Assembly: GCA_036172245.1 (NCBI GenBank)
Contig: JAYWIR010000004.1
Coordinates: forward strand, 3,100,001-3,164,000
Direction of reading: 5' to 3'
DNA length: 64,000 nt
DNA from: Raillietiella orientalis
Lineage: Eukaryota
Position numbers and translations under genes: made by a program. Below, in pieces: positions 25,168 through 35,395 of this stretch. The notes beneath the pieces are model-generated. The model was given only the letters and a program-made list of their open reading frames with translations, made no database searches and was not told the origin of the DNA. Each line of letters opens with the position of its first letter. Within the stretch, counting starts at the first letter, position 1.

Positions 25168-28055
25168 GTCTTTAGCCCTTAAGAGATTAAAAATGCTGGC
25201 AAATCATTTTCAAATTTTCAACATTTAACTATTTATTTATTAAAACAGCAAAGGGGGGGGGGAATTTAGATCACGTCATTTTGAAGAACAAGCAATCATT
25301 TAAGATTTGGTATTTGGTAGACCCTTTTAAGACCTTCAGCTGGCCTTCTAAGCGATATTCTTCATGATTGAAAAACCGAAAAACATCACCTGAATCCGGA
25401 AACCGCAATTATCCGAGTTCTGAAATTGGATTTGTTCCGATTAAGTGGAATGCACTTGATGAAACGTGACTGAACATGTCTCAAAGTGAATGCAAGACAG
25501 CATGACGATTTTCACAAATCACCCATTACCTGTTACGAGTTACAACGAAAATTAAGAGGGCGCATGGGTAATAGTGAAAATCGGGATAACAGACAACTGC
25601 CAATATGAACACAGTAGCGCACATCCACGTGGAAACAATTTCTTTCCATACAGATGAGTCGAAGTTTTCAAAATGATCTGTGTAGTTCTAAAGTGGCATT
25701 ACTTTGCTTGCATTTTCCAAAGCAACAAAAGCCACACTAATTTAATAAAAAGGTAGAAGACTACTTACGCCCTGTTCCTCGCTAGGTAAATGGAATGGGT
25801 AACTCGGTTTCGAGTCAGGAATTTTCGGTAACTAATTTAGAAGAGGTATTTCGCTTGAGGTTACATCGATTTTTAGTAGCAAATAAAGGAACTGAGAATC
25901 TGAAAGATAATTTATAGGACTACGGAAATCAGAATGCGGTACCCACACGCAATTGTGTGTACAACAACCGTGTTGGAACGATTTTAATGTCAACACAAAT
26001 GTGGAAAAAGCATACTGATATGAGGCGACATACAGTTCCCATTACTTTCTGTTTGCTTTGGCTGCTCTTAAGCCTTCAATGCAGGAAGTCGTTTTTCAGT
26101 ATGGTTACATTTTACTTTCGGAACTATTTGTGTGCAGACTTAACGTGTTCTAACTTTATTCTAACGAAGTCATTCCTGATCTCATACTCTAACAAAATCG
26201 ACCCTATTCTAATAAAGAAATCGGTAAACTTGCAAATCTCCAGTGTTGAGATCGTAGAATAAGACCCTCCCTACTCTCCATCACTTCGGAAAACATGAAA
26301 AAAAATACATTCGCAGAAAAACCACAGCAACCAACAGCAACCATCACTTCGTTCTAATTCACTTCATTTTAAAAGTGGACTTTTAAACATTTCTGGCAAC
26401 GAATTAGATGGTTCCTTTTCAGAAGTCAAAAGAAAACGGAAGTTGGAGGAGTGTAAAATATTCTACCTTTACGATTTTTTCTTTAATTTCATTTTGCATT
26501 ATTTAGAAGAAATACTTTAAACATAGAAAACTCAGACATCCAGAAAATACACCTCTTATTAATGCAATTAATGAACTTTGCGATTAGCTGTCTGAAAGAC
26601 TAGAGAAGAATGACTGAAGTAACGTTGTAAGGGAAGAAATTTGCGTTTCGGTAATGGTAAACAAAGATGCTCATAATCAATAAATACATTAGCAGCTATA
26701 TATGATAGACAATTTCAAGGAGATTCAGATTCACATGTTCCAATTATTTGCCAAAACAGATGCAATAAACATGGCTACTGAACTGATAATCACCACCATT
26801 TCCCTTCAAATTTCACGATTCACGTGTTTATTACAAAAAAGAAAAAATTATCACTTATGAATTTAACCTCTCCAAGTTTAGAATGCAGGCCATCGTTTTA
26901 TATTGATGTTTCTCTATGTCTGAATGAATTAAAAAATTATTGTTACTTTCCACATATTGCAGAATAAAAAAAAAATGCATTTTTCCTTTTATTTTTGACT
27001 TAAGACGCATTGCAAAGGGGCATTACAGTATCTTACTTATACTCGAGCTTTTATCTCACCCGAAGAACTTCTCAAGAAATCCTAAAAGTGCTTTCATAGT
27101 TTTCTGTCTATACAGTCCCATAACCTGTATTACATGGCTTACAGAGACTATGATACAGGAGATGCTGAGCACATTGTTGATTTCACCATATTTAAATGTC
27201 ATGTTCTTGCGTAGCCATATACTATATCCTCACAGATGCAACTTTTCTTCCTCCTGTAAAGCGCAATCAATCCTTCCTCTTCAGGCGCGTTTTTTGTTTT
27301 CCTAGGCTTCAATGAGGCAGAATTTCAAAATCAGACTTGCCAATTCGTAAAATGATCGCAAATGTCAAAACGGCAAAATATGAATAAAGAAACCGAGCAA
27401 TTTGAATACCGAGAAACGATAAAGTTAATGAAGCCTTGCTGAAAGCATTTGCTGTTGACTTGTGATGTGCTTCTTACTTGTTAACTCTTTCAGTGCAATC
27501 TGTCAGATTTTAAACTCGGAGCATTTGAAGGGAAGATAACGTACTGCACGAATTCTCAAGACTGTACAAATGAGGATGAGTGCTCGTTTGGAGAAATGTT
27601 TCAGGAGGTTACTATGAAAAAATAGTGAGTTCATGCCAGCTCGGAAATCATGAATTGGTACATTCAGAATTTGGAATCTTGCAAACACCTACAAGAATCC
27701 AACATGCTTACCGCAACCGTCACATTTCTGCGGAAGTTTTGAATCCACCAGACGGTGACTCGGGCGCAATGCACCGCGATTCACATCGTTTTCAAATAGG
27801 CAGCAAATGCTCAGTTCGCGCGTCCTTCAATGTTACAAAAAAAAAAAAGGAAAAAACCGGAAAAACTGATTTGTATGGTTATGATGAACAAATGGAAAGA
27901 AATATTTTTCTGATGTGTTGATGGCAACCTGGATCGGATATCCCTGAAAAAAAAAAAAAAAAAACACTGGTGGTAACTAACACAAAACTGATATTTCTAG
28001 ATTCCTTTTTGTTTGAAATATATTGTTTATGCCGTCTGTTACATGTGACAAATAA

Positions 28056-29082
28056 GTGTTAGCAAAATTAGATGCTGAAATACGTGGCAGAAATGCATCC
28101 AGGATCATAGATGTGAAAGTGTTTCATGAATGTTGTTTAATGTCTGGAGGACTAACCATGGACGAATTATGCAAATGCCGAGATCAGCTACGAAAGGCGC
28201 ACAAAATCTATGTGACAGTAAGTGCTCAAATTAGACAATTCTGTTAGACATTTTCCTTAGCACAGATTGTTACTGCATTACTTACTGGAGGTGAAAGAAG
28301 AAATCAATGAAACATCTTTGCAGCACGAAGAAAGCAGTGAAAATCTCATTGTAGGTACAAAGAAAGTGATTGCTTAAATTATTTCTTTTCCAGAGGTCTT
28401 TAGATTTTTCTAATGTCAAAACATCAAACAAACAAGTTGTTCCCTCTGAGCAGCTTTTGCAACTTTTGCACTGTAAATTAATGTGTGATAATAATCAGAT
28501 GTTGGAGTATGTAACACACAAAAGAATGAATACAAAAGATAATGGACAGATTTTGCTCCAGTTGGTAACCAAACAGAAACATCAGTGGGAAGAACAGCTA
28601 GAAAGAAAATTAGAACAACTGCATCAGCTTCAGAGACTGCTTCAAAAACAGAATGAACTCTTTGAAAAAATACATGTTTTAACCATTCAGCATCAAACGC
28701 TTCAAAAAACTGGCTGGTTACAGGAACAAATTGCTCATGAAGACCATTTAATTATCAAGCAGCAAGTGCTACACTGCAAAGCCAGGTGACCCATTTTTAT
28801 CATATTCTCCACTTTAATCATGCTTTTAGGATTTTACAGCTTGAATGTTTACGTGAAACTTATAGTGAGATAGCATTAGAAGCTTTAAGGAGACTGCGCG
28901 GCAGCCTCTGTACTGCCAAACGAGCTGACAGCCTTAAATTAAAAAGTCTTCGAGAAGAACTAAATGCATATCAGAATCTGGGGCCTGCCATGACTGCATT
29001 GGTCAAGGAATACAATGCACTTCGGAAAAAAATATCTTCAAAGAAATGGGCAGTACAACAATTGCAATCTCAGAAACTATAG
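28056..29082 (+). CDS. HAUS4: HAUS augmin-like complex subunit 4-like. Exons ~28056/28140-28217, 28261-28350, 28394-28785, 28830-29082; true start unresolved
   Basis: Three GT-AG introns of 43, 43 and 44 nt join the frames. The C-terminus LRETYS...LNAYQNLGPAMTALVKEYNALRKKISSKKWAVQQL matches the HAUS4 pattern (DTY...L..Y..LG..F..LV.EY..L......KWAL). Confidence 0.8.
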
Positions 29083-31427
29083 TTTACCCACATCTTTGAA
29101 ATACATTAAAGTACCCTTCCTATCTTTGAAGAGTACAGGATCTGCACGAAAAGAAACTGTCTTGAGAGGCATATGGTTAAAAGCATGAACCAGTAGATTA
29201 ATACAGCTGGAACGGACCATCATATGGTTCTCCTCCACACCAACTTCTTGCTTATTACATGTAGAACACTTGAACCTTTTCCTTGGAGTGACTTTAATAG
29301 GTGGTTTTCCTGTCATATTAGCTATTAAGAAGTTCATGGTGATATCTTCACAGTTATGTTCCTTATCTACCCAATTACGAATAGATGCTGGTAACAACTT
29401 GGTGTAAGCATAATTCCAGAACTGCAGAGTACAATACAATAAATACATAGTGCAGAAACTACCTTGTGATAAAATGCAGCTCCTGTCAGTACCATTGACA
29501 AGTCATTTGTCCAGTTGGAGTTATAATAAAATTGTGATCCTTTCTTTGTATGCACTCTGGATGGAAACCCAACTAGCCTATCAGGATATTCTCTCCATAC
29601 CTACACAGTGGCATTAACAAGTGACCAACATTTAAAATACCTCATAAGCAAATTCCAATTCATCAGCAGTCAACATGCTAATATCATTATCCAGGGACAA
29701 AATAGCCTCTGTCTCAATGTCCTCATATGGGAAAAAACGATTACTTAATTTATTCTCTGCCATATGGATTATCCTGACTGGATGATCCACTTGTGGCCAT
29801 AATGAACCTGGCATCTTACAATTAGCACAACTTTTTGCAAGACTTACTTGGTGGAGGTGGTTTATAAGGATTATTCCATATAACAACAATCCTGTCAAGT
29901 GAGGAAGCTTTGGCAACACTAGAAATAACTTTAAATAAGGAATCAGAATTATCATACACCGAAATCACAGCTGTGAAACCTTGTGTTCGGGAAACACATG
30001 TTGGCATCACAAATGGAGAGGTGCTTGCCTCCTAGAAAAGTGAGACATCCACAAAAAGCTTTGAGAAAGCATCGTTTTTACGAGTTTAGGATCGCTGTTC
30101 CAGCGTAGGATGCCTTGAGCTTGCTCTGGGAATAGGCGATCATTGAGGATTTGTAAGGTAGTTTGGACAATAGCATCAATTGAGCTGAAGTACCGTTTGA
30201 AAATGCGGATAATATTCTTCTTCATTTCTTTTTTTCTGCCAGCACTAATGGCACAGATGTGATTCATTAGCTCTGGAAACTGCTGTCTGCTAAGTTGCAC
30301 TGAGGCTCTAAAGAAGATAATCTTCCTGGGATTGTTCTGTATTTCTTACTGTTTCCAGTCAATAATGTCTTCAAAAGGAAGGACATGCTCGTCTCCTATG
30401 AGAATAGGGATGCAACCTGCATAAAGCACATGATATAGCATGAGATATGTCACACCATTTGGATACAAAATGAGGCAGAATTGAGCTTGCTAGATCTGCA
30501 ATGATAATTATGGGCAGAGATGCAATAATTCCATACCTGCAATATTTTCCAGTAAGAAAACATGCGTGTTCCCATGCAACGCTTATCATAGTCTTTTCCA
30601 GGACAAAAATGTAAAAGCAAAATCTCGTTTTGATGCTTACTGTGGAATGCAGCTATCAACTGAATCCAACTATCAGGAAGATTCATGTCAAAGAAAATAA
30701 TCAACTGATATTCATGAAGATCATGGTGTGCAAGGGCATCTATATTGTTGCTTCCAAGATAGTTGTACACAGGAAGTGACACATCAAAACCATTACGATA
30801 CACTGCAAAAGTTAGGCCACCTCCAGCAAGAATTGCATGCCCAGAAGGCACCGAAAAGTAATTTTTTTTAGGGTTGGGCAAGAAATTAAATAACAGATGA
30901 TTTTCTCCTCCATTCCAGCTACAAAAAAGCCCAGACAACATAAGTGCAAAGGTTTATAAAAGATTCACTCACTGGGGAAGACTTGCTAAAATGTGACTGC
31001 TGATTTCTGTAGGTATGTTACTTTCTTGCAACAAATCTAAACTAGGTACAAGTAAACATGCTTTGGAGGGATTGTCAGTGTACCATGCACTGTTCTTGAT
31101 GGATTCAATAATCTGTATAAACTCATGGGAATACGAGATATTGACTTCTCCAATTAATGGATACACATACACACTCAACTTATGCTGATCATGGTACCGA
31201 CAACGATGTATGTTCAAACAAGAGTAAATAGTGCAATTTGGGTTAGTAGGTGTAAACACAAGGTCTTTAGCTGCAAATGTGGGTGACCCTTTGGATTTAA
31301 AAAAAGGTATGTTTGGACTTCTGGTATACACTTCAAAAACTGTAAATAGGAGGATGCCAGCTATGCCCAGCCCAGCCAGAAGATTCCTCTGGTAAGCTAC
31401 CCAACTCTGGAGAGAAATTCGGCACTT
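29077..31427 (-). CDS. EXT2: Exostosin-2-like glycosyltransferase (GT47+GT64). Exons 31427-30973, 30918-30537, 30489-30350, 30307-30082, 30031-29848, 29807-29641, 29600-29463, 29421-29077; start codon not in the visible exons
   Basis: N-terminal TM segment [16 protein letters not shown]; motifs [102 protein letters not shown]. Seven 40-54 nt GT-AG introns keep the frame. Confidence 0.93.
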
Positions 31428-31450
31428 CTACAAAAGAACAAATCCCAATC

Positions 31451-31456
31451 TTTATT
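31451..31456 (-). promoter_or_regulatory. Putative cyclin K polyadenylation signal AATAAA
   Basis: The only AATAAA in the 87 nt between the cyclin K stop and the first visible EXT2 exon. Confidence 0.55.
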
Positions 31457-31514
31457 TAATCTCTCACTCAGTAAAAAAAAAATGTATTTCAAAACGCACT
31501 ACTAAAAATGAAAG

Positions 31515-33057
31515 TTAAGATATTGGGGGAGGAGGATAAAACTGTTTGATTGGAGGTCCAACTGTAACAGGAGGAGGAGGATACACATGAGGAGGAGGAG
31601 GAGGATAGAAAGACTGCTTTACATTTGTTGGTAGTGGTTGGTTGGGAACTGGAGGAGGAGGATATTGTGTATAAGAACTGAATTGAGGTGGTGGAGGTGG
31701 ATGATGTGGAAGTGGTGCAGGAAAAACTGGTGGGGGTGCTGCTGGAGGGAATGTCTGAGCAGGAGGATACAAAGTAGGTGGGGGTGCAGGTGGAGGATAA
31801 GGATATGGATACTGAGGTAAAGAGGCAGGAGACTCTGTTTTGACTGAGGCAATTTCAGACTTTGTTTTCCCTTCCCCTTCTGCTCCCTTTTTGTTTTCTT
31901 TCCATACATTCTTACTGGATGTAGCTAGTGAAATATAAATCAAGTAGCAGCAGTTATAGATAATTTACCATTTGATGGGGATGAGCATGATGAAGAACTT
32001 TCTGCTTTCACAGGAGTTAAGTAGAGAGGAGGGGAAATCACCTCTCGTGGATGGCTCTGAGTAGTATACAGATCAAGTACCTGGTGACAGATATCTACCA
32101 GACTATTTTTCAGACCTTTTATTTCCCACCTTCCAAGAGATCTAATGATAAGTCATCCACAAACATATCCCACCATCTATTATGCCGAGTGTTCCTCCCC
32201 ACCCAATCTACAATTTCGAATTTTGATAATTTGCTTGCCAGATACATTAAAGCAATAGCTATGATTTCTGGCTCCCATTGCAAGCATAAGGTAGTGCACA
32301 AACTATCGTTGATAAAAGTCCATGCCATTTGAACCATTTTTTCTAGTTTTTTCTTATCACCTTGAAAAAATAGGCATTTCAACTTACAACTACAAAAATA
32401 AAACTCTTAACCTTTTAGAGATTTTGCATATTTTATCAAATAACCATAAGGATGATTAACTTGTAGATCAAACTTAATTGTCTGAAGCAAAACTCTCTCT
32501 AATGTCATCACTTCTTCCTGCAACATTATCATGGCAAACTCATTACATTTGAAACAATGAACCAACTTTTGGATTTCTCCCAAATTGCAAAAATTTATCC
32601 TCATTTAATAATTCATGCGCTACTTGTATTATTTGTTTGCATTTTTTGGGAGTTTCTTCTACCTTTCCTGCTAAAAATAAACAACAACATGCAGTAACCT
32701 AAAACAACATTTCAGATAAATAAAATAGAAGCATACAACTCACATATCTCGGAAAGTCCTTAAATGAATGAAACATGTAGAAGCGATGAAAATATGTGAC
32801 ACCAGTTGCCATGGTATCATATCTTCTACAGCAATTTAGGAAAAATATAAAGATCAAAAATGCATTAGAAAATCTCCCATAATTTTCCAAAGAGCGAACA
32901 AAATTTGATAAAGAAAAGGATACAATCCTAATTTGGTACCACTATCGATGATGAATCTAGCCCCTTCACGTCTATACCTACACTCAGTCTCATAATCAAG
33001 ACCATCTTGATTTGAAGGACTATTTTTTAGTTCCTTTTTATCATAATACCATGACAT
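31515..33057 (-). CDS. CCNK: Cyclin K. Exons 33057-32924, 32825-32744, 32698-32567, 32517-32412, 32360-32130, 32094-31969, 31924-31515
   Basis: Spliced product has [109 protein letters not shown] and a proline-rich tail. Confidence 0.96.
32826..32923 (-). other. U12-type (minor spliceosome) GT-AG intron in cyclin K, 98 nt
   Basis: 5' splice site GTATCCTTTT; branch-like TTTTCCTAAAT just before tgctgtag. Splicing restores [10 protein letters not shown]. Confidence 0.9.
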
Positions 33058-35189
33058 CTTAGTATTAGTTGGGATATATTATTTAACATATAATCAGGGT
33101 AACAGCAACCATTTTCAGGAAACACGTTTCACTTTACATCATTGTTCATTCATGAATACTAAAACGGCTGTCTCTGCAATCATTGACAATTTACAAAAAT
33201 ATGTCCAACACATGAGTAAACTTTACACATGTATAAATTCACAAACACTATGTATTGGCACAAAACTGAATGCATACATAAACTTGATAAATACGCGTAC
33301 GTGGCAAACGAAATATCCATAAATTAACTGATCCCTGAATAATCCTATTGCGTTGGGTTTGAATGATATTGATACATCACACATGCGACAACAATTAGCG
33401 AATCAGCAGATTGCAAATATTCTACATTGGCTAGTACCTTACACAATCTCATGGATTTTGGTATGCTTACTGTTGTGTGAGCGGTTTCGATAATTTTTGC
33501 AACAGATAAAGCACGTTGGCACACGATCCCAATAATGCAGTCCAAGCACACGCCACGTACAAATGCAAGGCAAGGATAAATTGCAACGGTGACACATATC
33601 CACAAGCCAAGTACAAAATGACAAGCATTCGCATGTTGGGAAATAAAGTACTTAGGAAAGTAGTACGAGAGTGTTTCCTGATCATAAATTCGTTGCAACT
33701 GCGAATCGAAGCTTTCAATCTGCTCTTTACGCAAAAAAAAAAAAAAAATCATTTCCATTTTTTCCAAGGTTCCTACACTCGGAATCCATTCCGGAAGCAC
33801 ATTTTCAATAGAACAAAAAGGAAAACGTCCCCCATTTCTTTATTAGCAAAATAAATGTGCATTATACATCGGAGTAGGCAAATAGTAAATTATACTTATA
33901 TTTTTGAGTTAGCTATACAAAGTGAGGAGTAATTTCACTTCTGCGAAACTTTTTCCGTGCTAAAACACTGTAACCCCTCAGATATTTTTTTTCTAGCAGG
34001 AAATGGTTAGCAAATACATTCTGCAATGGATGTAACCTGAAAAACTTTTCGCAAAGAGTTTCGAAATATTTTCGAGGAAAGAAACTGAAAAAATAAATGA
34101 AGTGCACTTCTCCCTAAGATAAACTCGATTTATTGGGGATATGCTAAGAGGAAGGATCTTTCAAATCGATTGCATGAAAAAAACAAAATTACATAATTTA
34201 AATGTCATAAGCAAGTACTACACGGGTCATTTGATCAATTAAATCAATGTCAAAACAAGACTTTGAGTTCTGGCTTCTTGTTTACTTAGAGTATGATCTA
34301 TATATCACGATATTCCATATAACCGGAAAGATTGATACTCGGTCAGCAAATTATCTATCGGTAAAATTTTTTCACATTATGTAAGGATACAATATGAAAA
34401 AAAGGTCCCTATGGCATTGGACTCTGACAGTTCCATCCATAATTTATAATCATTTTCATGTATCTTAATGCATCAGTTTCATCAGTACTATTTCCATACT
34501 TATTCACGAATCGAACCTCTTTTTCTCACCTTCGATAACCTTACATGCATCCACATCATTATATTAACTTTTGCTACATTCAGTTGTATACCTCATTGCA
34601 ACTGCTATAGACAAATGATAAAGGAACAAAGAAACTTAAGGAATCTGTTTATATTGTTTATGATTGTTCTCTCTTTTTATACTGTTTGCAAAATTATATG
34701 ACCAGATGATACATCTTTTGTTTTAAAATATGCTCTTCCATATCTCTTGAAATTTCCTAAAATTTGAAAGTTCAAATTTTCTAGGTACTCTTTATGCCAT
34801 ACCTCACAAAATGGATTATATAAACCTTTTTTCAGTCTACTTATTTGATGCCTATCTTATAATAATAGGACCTAACCAATCAAGACGTTTATTTATTCTA
34901 TAGTTTTATATGGCAAGGCAAAATCTGAGATTTCAAATACCAAATTTGCATCATTCTAGATCAAAGGAACAGTGCGTAAATTCGAAAGATACATCTTGAC
35001 AGAATTATAGGTACTGTTATTCGAAATTTTCTCAGAGGGTTCCTGATTTTTCCAAAAGTTCCAAAATGCCATATTATTTAAGATTCAAATGTAATTCAAA
35101 TGTCTGAATCTGTTATCGTTAAATTGTTTGGTACCTAGGAATGTAGCATTTAAGTAAACACTGTTATCATTAAAATCTTCCCCTCGAAA

Positions 35190-35395
35190 TCACTTTACTG
35201 GTGCTTTTTTTGTCATATTAGCTATTGGAAATTTCATGGCGTTATTTGCATAATTGACTTTGTGAAATGGCAAATTGCTGCTGGCAGCAATTCTGTGCAA
35301 GCACAATTCCCAAACTGCAGAGTACCACACAATGAACATATGTGCCGCAGAAACTACTTTGTGATAAAATGCAGTTCCTGTTATTCCATAGACAA
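35190..35395 (-). pseudogene. Partial duplicate of the EXT2 3' exons including the intervening intron
   Basis: TGTAFYHK|gtagtttctgc...tactctgcag|...MKFPIANMTKKAPVK parallels 29290-29500. It is frameshifted and partly deleted. Confidence 0.85.

Noticed and set aside
27494..27625. Possible upstream HAUS4 exon (ttcag|CNLSDF...)
   Set aside because: Similarity is limited to four residues and no convincing in-frame join was found.
29683..29691. EXT2 GT64 motif reads DND rather than DDD
   Set aside because: The DxD pattern is preserved, so this is no evidence of inactivation.
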